Shown: positions 46,254 through 59,385 of the stretch, in pieces
Layout: every line of letters begins with the position of its first letter
Numbering within the stretch: the first letter of the stretch is position 1
Position numbers and translations under genes: made by a program
The notes under the pieces: model-generated
Databases searched by the model: none
Told to the model about the DNA's origin: nothing
What the model saw: the letters and a program-made list of their open reading frames with translations, nothing else
Origin: Microthyrium microscopicum
Taxonomy: Eukaryota
DNA: 64,000 bases
NCBI GenBank assembly: GCA_010405405.1
Contig: MU004244.1
Location: 809,895-873,894 of the forward strand
Direction: 5' to 3'

Positions 46254-48780
46254 ATGCCTTTCATCAAGCTTGACCGCGATACCACTCCCGAAGAATGGGA
46301 GGAATACAAGCGGCTCGAGGCTCTGAAACTGGAAAACAATAACACCACAACGACTAAGGAAGCTGCAAAAGACTCTGTTGACGAGACCACTGACGAAGCC
46401 TGCCCAGCAAGGTCAGATAATGAAGATGAGGAAACCAACTCCCAATCAACCGATGAAGAGCCCGCAGAAGAGAAAGACTACGCTCCAGACGGCAGCATTC
46501 CGGAAATGAAAAACTTGTACCAAGCTCCGCCCGACATGTACGGTAAGGTTCCCCCTTTTGAAATCACATTTCTTGATGACATCCAATGCAACGGAAACAA
46601 TATCTCTCCAATCGCACTCGACGGCTCCCATAGATTGTGATTGCTGTTTGAGTGCTGTGAGCGCCATCCAATGCGATAGCAGTTTCACGTATTTACCGCG
46701 AAAAGACCAAATGGTCTTTTCAGGCACGTTAGCTCCGCTCATAACCTTATGCTAACAAATTTCAGGTCGCATCAACTGGACTGCTCGAGCTCCAGATGAT
46801 CTTGCCGAGCCGCCAGAGAATGCAGAGTCTGCTCAATATGCCTTATTGATCCGAAATGAACGTTGCTATGACGGCAAGAATGCGCTCAAGATTCACAGTT
46901 TGGTCATTCAGTCTCAGCGCCTCAAGACGGTGCTTGGCCAGGTGCTTGCACAATATCCTGGAATCTCGACTACGGAGCTGAAGCGTTTGGAATTTCTTCC
47001 TCCATTTGAAGCTTTTGTTCATCGAGTAAGTCTCCACACGCTCCTAACGGATGAAATAGATTAGAAAGGTGGCAAGCTCCGATCGATTGTCATGTTCGAC
47101 ACTTGCGTCGATGGGAGACTGTCTTCTTTTATCTCGTTATCTCTCATTTCTTGAAGCATGTGTATGAAGACTAACGAAGTACAGTGGGATCGTCTTTTGA
47201 AGGCAGAAGAGACGGAGGAAGATGCTGACACAAAAAAACATCTCAAGCTTCTTGGTGAAGTGCTGAAGAAAGAACTCGGAGAAGCCATCTCCGACCGCAA
47301 TGATCTCACTACCTTAGGTGTGGCTCGCTACGATACAGTTTGGACTCTCTTTGAGCCCGGATGTCAGGTGTTCTCCACAAGTGATGGACATGAGCGCGTC
47401 TATAAGTTCACAAAGGGCGAGTTCCGCCAGTGCCAAGTTCTAGGACACCATTACGCTTTGGATTGTCAGTATGTCCAGTTCGATGGCGCCAACTTTGGCT
47501 ACAAAATGGAAAACCTTGCCATTCCTGCCTTCAACGGCACGATTGACATTTCAAAGCTGCCAGTCTATCCCATCGACTTTCATCCCGACCAGAAGGCTTT
47601 GACAGAACGCTTGATTGCTCGCGGTAGGCTCTTCGAACAACTCAAGGGTTACCACTTCAAGAGCTATGATGGAATTGGGGTCTATGAAACCCCATGTGGT
47701 CCTCTCAAACACAGTATTTCCGGGCGTGTGATTCTCGATACTCATGCATACAATCGATTCAATCCCAACTTCCAAGTACGCCTCTCGAAGAGTTTGGCTC
47801 CAGAAGTAGATGTCAAAGACCAGGACAATAACAACCATCGTCGTGGCTACCCTCCTGGCTTTGGTCATGCCCGTGCTGGCGCTCCCACGACTAAACAGAA
47901 GCTTGACATTAAACTCACTGACGAACATCATCTCACTGCAACCCACGAGCTGCGCGGATATTCACTCAAGGATAAGAAATGGTTCGTCCTGAATATCTCC
48001 GACGTCAAGGAGATTGCCTGGAATGAGAAAGCTTTCTCGTCTCTTGTTGCACCACAAGAACAAAAAGATCTCATTCTCGCCTTCGCACGCTCTCAGCTAC
48101 AGAACAAAGGCACGTTTGACGACGTGATTCAGGGCAAGGGTCGTGGCATTATCATGTTGCTCTCCGGCCCACCAGGCGTTGGCAAGACACTGACCGCCGA
48201 GTCGGTTGCAGAAGTCATGAAGACTCCATTATACATGCTCAGCGCGGGCGATCTTGGCACCACGCCCTCACAAGTCGAAGACTATCTGTCGAAAATTCTT
48301 GAGCTCAACGCCAAGTGGAATGCTGTGCTGCTAATTGACGAAGCAGATGTCTTCCTCGAAGCTCGTAGCTCTGACGATCTCGAGCGAAACAAGCTGGTCA
48401 GCATCTTCTTGCGACTACTTGAGTACTATGAGGGCATCTTATTTTTGACCACCAACCGTGTGGAGAACATTGATGCGGCATTCGAGTCGCGTATCCATCT
48501 GTCGCTACAATACGATGATTTGAGCACTGATTCGCGTCGCCATGTTTGGAAGACGTTCTTGGCCCGCTGTGGCGAAGGTTCCGATTTCACAGAGGACCGA
48601 ATCAACCAGCTAGCGGAGTACAAACTCAATGGCCGACAGATTAAGAACGTGCTCAAAGCGGCGCAGTTGCTGGCAAGCGATAAGGGCGCGTTGCTGAGCT
48701 TTGCGGAAGTTAATACTGTTATGAAGATTCGAGCGGCCAACGAGGGAAAGATTGGCAATTGGGGGGGTATTCAGAAGTAA
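46254..48780 (+). CDS. Fungal AAA+ ATPase (single AAA core, long N-terminal region)
   Basis: Walker A GPPGVGKT, Walker B LLIDEAD, FLTTNR and DAAFESRIH. Introns 46543-46765 and 47026-47184 restore the frame. Confidence 0.9.
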
Positions 48781-49055
48781 GAGTGACGATAGACTTATCC
48801 TGGGTTGTAAGACCCGTTTCTTGACTGTTTTGAATTACTGTATTCTCGGGTAGATAGATCTTCTTATAAATGGCCATTGGCAGACACCTGATGCGAATGA
48901 CAAAAAACAAACTCGGTCAAATGCGCTATTCGCACACTCGTCTATCAATTGTGAAGGTTTTCTCTTGAAGTGAGCTGCTCGAGTCAAACTCCCATCAGCT
49001 ATGGTGTCTGCCATCGTACTTCAATAGACAGAATTACGACAGAAAAGGTTTTGAA

Positions 49056-50000
49056 TTATTTATCAATATCGCCAACAAAAGCATCCAGTGGGTAGCTTTT
49101 CCCCCATTTCCCATAATAGTCCTTGTCAATGTCCGTCACAAAGATATTCCCAGCCTTGTCCTCTACATCCTTCACCAGATCAGCATATCCCGATCTGTTC
49201 AATCCCGTAGCAGAATGTACTATAATACAGCGGCGATCTCGTGGTGCCATAATACCAGACACTCGTTTCTTGCAGTCATCTGTTACCCAGAAACTGTGTT
49301 TTTGCTCTACCACACAAACTGTATCTGCAATATTAAAGTACTGCTCATCTGGTGGAAGTCCAGGATTTATCGCTAAATGCTTGTAAGTATATAATTCAAT
49401 TGACTGGTAATATAAGTGTTTGGACTTACTGATCAGCTTCTTTCCTAGACCGGCAGCGCTCTTGATGGTGCTGTGTAAATTGGTAAGATATTTACTTGTC
49501 GTCTCATTCCAAACGTAAGGTGCTTCATCCAGAAAGATCCCATCGACGGAAATAGACTTTCTTTTGGCTGCCCATCCTGCATATTTGGCGATCTGGTCGG
49601 TTACGGTTTGGAAACTGCGATTGGCATAGCCGATTTTCACGTAACCTAGAAGTTGGACATTGCGTGAGCTTTTCAACTTCGCGGCTGCTTGACTCCATTC
49701 GGTAGATGGTAGAGCCTTTTTGCCAGGCCCGTCGTCTGGGTTGACTATAATGGTGAAGTCAACATTCGGGTGAGTGGTGATACTGTTATAAGTCAGTTGG
49801 CGGGTAGTGGCCGATTTTGAGAGAACAAACACTTTGTAGAGGGGATCCCAAGACCTTGGATGATCTTCTACTTCGACATAAAGGGGAATGATTGCTTTGG
49901 TTCGTGCCGCATTGGCTATATGTGGCAATAAAGATGCAGTGACTAGCATCGTTGTGAGCATGGTCCAGGAATGACTGGCATGTTGAAATATTTTGCCCAT
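49056..50000 (-). CDS. Spherulin-4-like glycoside hydrolase (GH135), secreted or cell-surface; start could be at 49961
   Basis: IIPLYV, IIVNPDDGPG, LLGYV, VDGIFLDE and INPG. Introns 49830-49783 and 49429-49373. Confidence 0.85.
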   Translation of the reverse strand: MGKIFQHASHSWTMLTTMLVTASLLPHIANAARTKAIIPLYVEVEDHPRSWDPLYKVFVLSKSATTRQLTYNSITTHPNVDFTIIVNPDDGPGKKALPSTEWSQAAAKLKSSRNVQLLGYVKIGYANRSFQTVTDQIAKYAGWAAKRKSISVDGIFLDEAPYVWNETTSKYLTNLHSTIKSAAGLGKKLISKSKHLYYQSIELYTYKHLAINPGLPPDEQYFNIADTVCVVEQKHSFWVTDDCKKRVSGIMAPRDRRCIIVHSATGLNRSGYADLVKDVEDKAGNIFVTDIDKDYYGKWGKSYPLDAFVGDIDK

Positions 50001-50505
50001 ATCGAAGTTCCTAAAGTCACGATATGCGATATGCGATTAGACAACAGATTGAGCAGCAGCGGTTGTTTATGCTATGAATTTGGACTGATGGGGTAGGCAT
50101 ATTCGCTCCAAAATATCAAAGTCCCAATATGGCATCCATGTCTTGGTGCTATAATTGGTAATATATTCCTCACAAAGAAAGACAACCAATTAACTTCGAG
50201 TGCTTGTACTATTTCAAGCGGGATTGACCCAAGGGCGCCATTAGCTATTCATGCTCATTGCTTACTTTTGATGGCTCTGCTCTCATGATGAATGCAGAAT
50301 GGCAGCAAATCATTTCCTTTTCCCTAGCTGTCGCCGATTACATGCGATATAATAAATGACATAACATGACGCAAATTGGGTAATGCATTCTCTAAGGACC
50401 CAGTAATGATAATACAAGATGACTACCCAATGCCGAATGGCTGAAATGCAGGACTTTTTGGTGGCTCCTTTCACCGATTTTGATGAGTTCTAGGGAGCCT
50501 CGCTT

Positions 50506-52663
50506 TTACGATCCGTTTACAGCACTTTCCAGCTTCGCAACAAGGCCTGATAATCCACCATTTGATCTGACTTCTTCGTTCTCGGGGATTGGGGGTATCG
50601 TGGTGGTATCAGATCTCTTGGGGCGGAACGCAAGTGGTGTACTTGGTCTCGAAGACAAAAACTACAGGAGAATTAGAACCAACGTGCGATTGTGGAACAT
50701 CGATGAAACTTACAGAACTAGCAGCGCTGAGAAGAGCAATGAGAGATGCCTGGACAACATCGGCATGAATACCAACACCCCATACCTTCTGATTCTCGGA
50801 GCCACTTGCAATACACTCGATAAAAGTAGCAGCCTTGACGTCTTTTCCTCCACCGATAGCATGTTCTTTGTAATCCGCCACATCGAGGTCGATTCCTAGG
50901 GATTTCAAGGCGTTTGCGAGAGATGAGATGGCACCAGTGCCTACACCTCGCACAGCATGTTCTTGGCCGTCGATACTAATGACACCCTTGAACATACGGC
51001 GTAGGTTCTTGGTCGATTGAGTTCGACCTGGCTCGGGTGGTGCTGGTGATTGTGATCGATCGGCAGTAATGTCATAGTCAATCAGCTCGAATCGCGGATT
51101 AGAGTTGAGGTGATAAGCATTAGTAAACAGCCCAACTATCTCGTTTGGAAGAAGTTCTCGACCTAGGGAATCAGCTTCGCGCTGAACAATCTTGCTGAAA
51201 GCTACTTGTAGACCACGAGGCAGATCGAGTTCCAGATTCCGAAGGATGATCCACGCAACTCCTCCCTTTCCGGATTGACTATTGACGCGGATAATGGCCT
51301 CGTATGTTCGTCCAATATCCCACGGGTCGAGAGGAAGGTACGGGATGCTCCATGGTGTCTCGTGCGTTGCGTTGGACTTTTCGCGTACGGCGAAGCCTTT
51401 CTTGATTGCATCTTGATGGCTGCCACTGAATGCGCATACTACTAGTTGACCACCATAAGGAGCACGTGGGTGTACAGGTATTTTGTTGCTCTTCTCAACT
51501 AAGTCAATGACCGCCGTTATATCTGAGAAATCAATGCCTGGATTCACTCCTTGTGTGTAGAGATTCAGGGCCAGAGTGACAAGGTCAACATTTCCTGTTC
51601 GCTCTCCGTTGCCGAAAAGAGTGCCTTCTACTCTGTCCGCACCAGCCATTTGTGCCAGCTCTGCTGCTGCAACAGCACATCCACGATCGTTGTGCGGGTG
51701 AAGAGAAACTGCTATTTTGTTTCGCTCAGTGATATGGCGGCAAAAGTATTCGATCTGATCAGCGTAAACATTTGGTGTAGACATTTCGACCGTCGCGGGG
51801 AGATTGAATATTATTGGATTCTCCTCTGATGGTTCCCAAGCATTTTTTACCGCTTCGCATATCTCCAAAACGAAATCCATGTTGGAATCCGAGAACGTCT
51901 CTGGAGAGAATTCGTATTGCCATTCAGTTCCAGCCTTCTCCGGGTCATCTTTAGTCAACTTCCGAGCTAATTTTGTGCACTCGACTGCAAGAGCTATGCT
52001 TTGCGCGTTGTCCATATTAAAGACTACTTGCTGGAAACATGGTGATGTAGCCAGATATAGATGTATGATTGCTTTCTTTGAGCCCTTGACCGAGTCTACT
52101 GTCCGCGAGATGAGCTCTGGTCGACATGGGGAGAGAACTTGAATCCAGACATCGTCAGGTACGGCACTGGGAGTATCAACTAGACGTCGCGTGAAGTCGA
52201 AATCCGTTTGTGAAGCAGCCGGAAATGACACTTCTATTTCTTTGTAGCCGAGCTTGACTAATTCCTGGAAGTACTTCCATTTGGCCTCAGAATCCCTGCT
52301 TGTTGTTAGCATAGGGACCTTTTCCCTCGCGTACCTTAGGTCACTCGCATTGGATCCACAAGGGATTGGTTTCCATCTGAATCAAAGTTAGCATCATTCA
52401 TTAGAAGGGTATGAACTGGCCAATATTTCCTGCTACCAAATTGATATCGCGCTGAAATGCCACTCAATGGCAGTCCCAGTAAGATATCAAGTAACGTCCA
52501 GTCTGTCAATTAAGGTCGATTCTTCACAAAATCTCTTACCTCGTAAATCAGTGGACAGCCAGCGCGGAGGTTTCGTCAATGTCTTTGATGGCCATTGTCG
52601 ATCCGGAAGGTTTATAGGCGGGAATGCCTTGTACTTGACACTGGGGTTCTGTAGCATGGGCAT
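50506..52663 (-). CDS. LEU4: 2-isopropylmalate synthase
   Basis: [28 protein letters not shown] and [11 protein letters not shown]. Introns 52539-52377, 52348-52296 (GC-AG) and 50713-50662. Confidence 0.96.
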
Positions 52664-52773
52664 CGTGATGGTGTTGTGGGCTTTGTGAAGGATGGAGGTT
52701 GAAATTTTTTGAGTCTAGAGGAAATGAGACAGCTAGACGCGTTAGTATGAGTCTAAGAAAGATTCGCGGCTGT

Positions 52774-52780
52774 TGAGTCA
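52774..52780. promoter_or_regulatory. Gcn4/CpcA consensus site TGAGTCA
   Basis: Perfect TGASTCA ~110 nt upstream of an amino-acid biosynthetic gene, with near-matches (TGAGTCT) at ~52710 and ~52748. Confidence 0.45.
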
Positions 52781-53242
52781 CAAGTTCAAATTAGAGAATC
52801 ATGTCAGTGATATTGTTCCTGCCCCACATTGATTCCGATGTAGTCATTAGGCTCAATAACGTGGCGTTTATTCTTTTTTTCTTTTCTTTCCCCGCCATTG
52901 ACTATTGCATGATCGTCGCCAGCGGCCACCGACATAATTCCCAGACTGCTTGTCCAACCATGAGCTGATATTCTGCTACTCAGAGCAATTGATTCGACGC
53001 CTTAAGAACTACAAGGTCGATCACGCAGCTTCAAGCTGTTCCTATATCGGGCTTAAAAATTACCTTTTGGGCACCCTGGAGATGGTACCTGGTAACTTAA
53101 AGAAAAGCATCAAATGTAGAATTACTCAACAAAATCACAATGCGTGTGGTATCATTTGGCCCGGAGCGAGCCATCTCTATGTACTCCAACAGTACTAAAT
53201 GTAATATGAACATCGTAAAGAAAAACCAATTTTCAAATCAAT

Positions 53243-54402
53243 TCATAGCTTTGGTGCCGGTTCATCTTGCTTCAAGCGAACAACACCTTCCTGGACACAG
53301 GTCGCTACCAGCACACCCTTCTGTGTGAAAATCTTTTGAATGACCAAGCCACGGCCATCACCAGCCCATGGACTTTCCATCTCTGTGAAGAGCCACTCAT
53401 CCGCCCGGAACCTTCTAGGTTCATGAAAGTATATAGTGTGATCAAGAGATACCATCATAGACACGACTGGCTTAGGCTTCTTGGAAGTTGGTGTTCTTGG
53501 CCGTGGAGGTGCCTTGGGGGCCTCTGTGGCATCGTCCTCGTCTTTACGGAGATCCTTTCGGACGTCCTCGTCTACTTTGACAGCTTTGTGATTCAGTCGA
53601 GCTACCGGAATGCGCCAGATGTTGTGTACTCTTGAGATCGTTCCTATGAAGAAGTGATCGGAGAAATATGCGACAGCAGCGACGTGAGCCTGGTGGCCTC
53701 CTTCTTCAGATATTCGACCGCGAGCTTTTACCCATTGACGAGTTTTTTTGACATGCGGTAAAGGAGAGTGACCTGTACTCCGTTAGACGCCATCATCTTA
53801 TATCATGAAGAGTGAGACATACTATTGAGAATATCAATACTCCTACTCATAATCGGATTCCCCTCATCCTTCATAATCACATCCCTTACCTTCTCATGAT
53901 CCGGACCAGGAACATACGGCATATCAACAGCATGTTCAATCAGCTTCTTCCCACCCGAGTTTTCTCTAACAAAGCTCATTGTTGTTGTAAATATAACATT
54001 TCCCCCTTGTCTCGCCTGCACGGTTCTCGTCGCGAAGGACCGCCCCGATCTTATCCGCTCGACATGGTAGAGAACGGGTATCTCGCCGGAACCAGCTAGT
54101 ACGAAATAGCAGTGCATGCTGTGGATGCTGAATGTATCGGGGATTGTTTTATAGGCGGCGGCGAGACATTGGGCAATGATGCAGCCTCCAAAGAGACCGC
54201 GCGCTCCGGGGGGTTGCCATAGGGGTCGCGTGTTTGTGAAGAGGTCCTATGGTTGTGATTAGCTGGGAAGTAAGGCGCGCGAAATGTGATAACTAACTGG
54301 ATCAATCGGCGAAAGTTGGGTGAGCTCGAGGATGGACTCGATTTCAGCCTTGTTTGGATCTGATGGCGGAGGCTTCACTAACGTCGAATGGTGGAATGAC
54401 AT
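53243..54402 (-). CDS. TES1: Acyl-CoA thioesterase II (TesB/ACOT8-like), probably peroxisomal
   Basis: HSMHCYFVLAG, GRSFATRTVQARQ, MMVSLDHTIYFH and ATCVQEGVVRL; C-terminal PKL; two introns (~54297-54247 and ~53820-53773). Confidence 0.9.
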
Positions 54403-55114
54403 GGCGACGGAGAGGCGCCAATGCTATAATGGTGATAGGAACGTTGCTGGAACCAAACGGCTACCGAGCCATGAGGATAAAACAAGTTTATATAAGTAGA
54501 TACCGCACGGTGGTATTGAAGGATTCGGGTAAATAGTACTTGGCTGTCAACGTTGTCTTTCAGATGTAAGGTACGGAGATGACGTTTCGGACGCAGCAGT
54601 GTCACTGCTTGTGATCGCGTCTAGGATTTGTTCTCGGGACGTTGCGCTCAGTAGATTGAATCTATGGATCTAGACACTTGCAGCAGTAAACTAGGCCCTA
54701 CAGAAGTATATGAGTCCGTGTGCCGGGCATGAGGATGGTTGCCAGACCACGTTCTTCGCGTTGCAACATGAGCGCAACATGTCAAGCCGAGGTCTGGACG
54801 GAGCGTGGAGATGTCTCGGATTTCGCCGTGACTCTTCCGCCTTGATTTCTGCTTTGAGACTTGACTTCTAATTTTGTGAGGAAGAATTTACTTCTTTTTG
54901 GTGCCATGCTTCCAATTTCACGAGATTGAATTTGTATTCCGAAGAATACTTCATTGTATGTAAAGCACTAATTGCAGTGGTGGTAGTACAGCAAGCGCAG
55001 CGCAACAAGGGAGTGGTTAAAGACTTCCAACATATCAGTAATCATCAGCCATCAATTGTTCTATTGCCAGGCGGAAGACGTTATGCTCGCAAAATCAACT
55101 CGTACGTCCTGATA

Positions 55115-57006
55115 CTAGAACATGGTCCCCAGGAGTGTCGCAAGAGCACTGAAAGGATCTACAATGTCATTGATGGAGGCTTGTTTTGGCAGCTCCCATT
55201 GCGATCTGGGACCATCATTGATGATCTTGAGAGCCTCATCACCTTTCGGCGTCATTGTGAGATTCTCGTTGTATTTTGCAGTGATCTAAAAGCAATGTCA
55301 GTCCAAGTTCAACATCCAACGATGAACATCTTACCAGAATATCGTCCTCTATCCGGACGCCGCCAACCGGCCTGTATCTGTCCAAAACCTTCGTGTTGAT
55401 ATATTTGCTGTGCTCTGGATTTGGCAGATATATCTCGTCCAAACCAAACTTGTTGAAGTAAATACCAGGCTCCATAGTCACAACCATGTTTTCTTGTAGT
55501 CCGACTGTGCTTGTGCATAGTTTTCCATGCTGAGTAGTGTTATGGATTAGTCTCCCATATACCAGATCAAACTCGTCAGCTTCCATTCCATATATCGCAA
55601 TAAAGTTGTCAGCAAAGGTCGTGCGCCCTCTACCTTCAATACGTTTCAGCAAACCAAATGGCCTCATACGTCTGGCTGCACTATCACCAGAAGTAATTGG
55701 AATGTCGGGATGCTCAACATCATGCACCTCGAGCCCAAGGTGGTGACCTATTCCATGAGGTAGAAATGCTGCCGAAGTACCGTTTTGTATGATCTCCTTG
55801 ACAGTGCCATTATGGTAAATGCCCAATTTGAGGAGGCCTCGCACCATGATGTGGTGCGCCAGAACATTCAAATCGCGGAAAAGCACACCTGGTTTCATGT
55901 TTGCAATGCAAGTGTCTTGCATCTCCTTAACCAAGGAGTATATGTTCTTTGACTCTTCCGATGGCCAGCCACCATCTTTCAAAGATATTGGAAATGTCCT
56001 GGTGACATCGCAAGCGTAGTTGCTCCATTCGCAACCGGCGTCCATCAAAAAAATCTCTCCTTTGATGGCCTCATCGTTCTTCACGTAATGCAATGTTGCA
56101 GCATTGGTGCCTGCTGCGCATATTGGTAGATAGGCCTGGTTCTTCGCGCCGCCAGCGCGACACGTGCCGACAAATATACCCTCGACTGCTGCTTCACTAT
56201 CGATGGCCCTGTTATATGTGTCAGTGTGAAAACAAGAAGAAGGATCTATCTCTCTGTAGCTATTATACGGTTCGCATAGCTCAAAGGTGTAGTAGCGCTG
56301 ACAATGGGAGCTGATTAAGATGCAAGATCTTACCTGATATGTTTGAGCACCTGAACATGCGCAGTAGCAGTAATCTCATTCGCCTTCCTTATAGCAGCAA
56401 TCTCCCACTTATCCTTAATCGCCCGGCACGCGTTCATAGCCGGCAACAAGCGATCTACATCAACCGAGCCCGGCCCCTCCACCATGCCCCAAGCAATCTC
56501 GTTCCTCGCCCGATTCGGCACCTCGTCCAGATGAGAATGAAGCAGAAATACAGATTTCTTCGCCTTGAGCCACCCTATCAAGAACTCATCAAGATCATGA
56601 GCATATTGCGCTTCATCGATATCGTAAGTCTTGGTGGCTTTCTCAGGCGTGATGACTGGTCCCATGTACAGGATTTCACGTTGTGTACGTTGGTCAGGCA
56701 CCCAGAGTGTAAGATGGGAACGACTTATGTCATATGTGGCGTAACAGTCAGCATCTTCTACGCCAGTGAGGTAGAAGAAATAGCGGCGTTGGCGATATAT
56801 GACTGGCATATCGCTATCATCGTACATGAGAGATGGTCGGCCTGCGAGAAGAATGAGTCCAGATTTGGCCCCTAGAGTTTTTGCTATTCTTGCAGCATGT
56901 GCCTTGGCTATCAATGGGTTAGAATATCGATATAGGATTATGTTGATAAGCAATTAATGAGAGCCATACCTGGGTAGACAGCGGCTGATGCAGAGAGCGT
57001 CGCCAT
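55115..57006 (-). CDS. pepP: Xaa-Pro aminopeptidase / prolidase (M24B)
   Basis: RQRRYFFYLTG, LMDAGCEW..YACDVTRT, PHGIGHHLGLEVHD, TMEPG and GGVRIEDD; three introns. Confidence 0.92.
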
Positions 57007-59385
57007 TGTGAAGAAACGAGTGATGGAGTAGTACTTCAAATCTATCTCCTTATGACAAATAATTTTCTTGAGATGTTACTGTCTGTCGTTTGGTTGAGGG
57101 AAGTCCAGAGGAGCTGTCGTTTCGAGTTATGAAGCATTGCACTAACCACATTGGGCCAGGATTCAATATCCCTGGAGTTACTTGGGAAGCCATTGGAGGT
57201 GCGTCCAACACGCCTGCGCTGCAACCATGAGTTTTGTTCCCAACGATAAGTTTTGGAGCAGTTACATCAACCAGTATGATCAGACATAAGCTTTCCACAT
57301 GTTGCACTACCCATTAGCTGGATCCACTTATGTTAGAAGCGGAGAGTTTTCCGATGGGAATTTGTGTTCATGTCCTGCTAGACATGATACGATTCTTCAG
57401 ATGGCATTTCTCAGAAATCCCATGCAAGGCTATGCAGTGGTGCTGCATCGTGTTGTCCTTAGTATGAAAATCTACTGTGGCATGTCCTTTGTGCTATATC
57501 GGCACGATATGTTCCATGCATCGCGACGTCATTTCTACCGTTTACAGGTTCATAACGTGGTGACAGGGATAGCGAACGCGCTTAGAACAGATCTAGGTTA
57601 TGCGATCTAAGTGTCTTTTGGAAAAGCTACTTTTAAGATCTTTGGGCGGATTGAGATTGTTATCAGATTCTGATGGGCAATTTTATATGTCATGGATGAA
57701 CGTTGAGCTAAAAAATATCAACGACTATCAAAATCTAGAATATAGTGCAATCCGAATTGTAGCCACACCATTCTTCTCGAGCGCTGGGCTGCAGAGGGCT
57801 TCATAAAAGACGAGTGGCCATTCGGCTGAAACGGCTTATGGGCTATCGATTCGAAGGCGAGTTGCGATTCTGGAGGTATCGAGAATGAAAGAAAGGCCCA
57901 TTCATTAATTTAGCAGACCGACCACGCAAGTACCGAGCCGTGTGAGATGTATGTTGTTGTTGTGATTGGCTCGATGCGACTCTTGGGGCGATATATATTA
58001 AATGTCATAAATTGACTGATATTTACGAGGATGTGGAGCGTTGATCATGGGAACTGGCCGATCAGGGTGGTTGACAGCTGTATCATTCTCCAAGAAGAAT
58101 ATGTTCATGGTGAAGAGTGCTGCCGCTGGGTCTAACACTGGATCTTGGATCTCGATAAATCTGAAAGATATACAGCATATGGATATCTATGGAGAAGACG
58201 CGCTACTCAGGTCCATGAAGCAGGAGTGGTTCGCGGGTTGATAATCAGATGGATGGTAGCAAAAGAGACAAAAAACACTCAACTAGCCGCTGGCGTGATT
58301 GGAGATGGAAGCAAGGGTAAAAGTCGGCCAAATAGCCTTAGCCTGTCACAACGAGGAGGAAACGTCATCAGCAAAACTAGCGCGAAATCCGTGTTGCCGG
58401 CAATGCATCCTGAATTTACAACGCGGTCTGTGACTCTCTCCTCTTCAATAACCGGTCGTAGAGAGTAAAGGGTGGCTGGGAAACTCATTCAAAGAGTGTA
58501 AAGAGGATATGTAGATAACATGTAGAAAATTGAAGCAAGAAGAAGCGCCTTGTATGAAGAAGACGCGAAGCAGAAAGAAATAAAAAAACGCCAATAATGG
58601 TGCCCATCGATCGACGAGTCCCAACGAAGGTTGCAGGGCTTGCTAAGCAGAGAGCATGCCAGGACCGCCGTCTAAATAAAAGGAGGGTTGGTTCGCTCTT
58701 TTCTTGCCACTACGTCACCGTCGTGTGCCTTTCCTTTCATCATTTTTCCCCGTTTCCCATCTTTCGCGCACAACGCCATCACTTCGTCATCAAGCAGCCT
58801 GAGCTCCCCACTGCTTGCTGGTATAGCCTGAACACCAAGACCATCTACAATAATATTGTGCCTTTGCACACTTTGCCCGAGTCGTGCAGTCGCTGCCGAG
58901 CAGTTTGGGAAAGAACTGCTCTCTAGAGGCCCCTTGGCTCCTGCCGTCACTGTTCCCGTCGTTTGATCGCGACTTCCTCGACGAGCCAAAGCTATTGCCA
59001 CCTAACCTCCAGATTCTCCATCGTACCTTCCCCAACGGCAACCTCACCCTACCCGAACTGGGACGCAATTGCCAGACCTGTCGCCAGTCTTCTTAGTGCC
59101 TTCCTCTCGCGCCATCGCCCCCTCACCTCCATCACCCGCCCCCGAGTTCCATCACCAATCTGATCGCGCTTCTCCAAACAAACCATAATACCTTCAACCA
59201 AGATCCGCCAGCGCGTTTACAAAACTATACTCGAATCTAATTCCTTTCACCTCCCGGCAAATCTCTTATACACTTCCTTCTTGGGCCACTATCACTAGGT
59301 CCATGTAACTGTCGAACAGTCACGACGCTCGACCAACTATCGTCTTACGTCATATTCTCCTCCACGTTCCATTGCGCCCGTCGAG

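Noticed and set aside
47026..47070. Internal CTAAC..TAG in AAA intron 2 suggesting a stwintron or micro-exon
   Set aside because: No good second donor is formed, and the simple intron already restores HRWD in frame.
57300..58600. Short ORFs between pepP and atfA
   Set aside because: No recognisable product; probably regulatory DNA.
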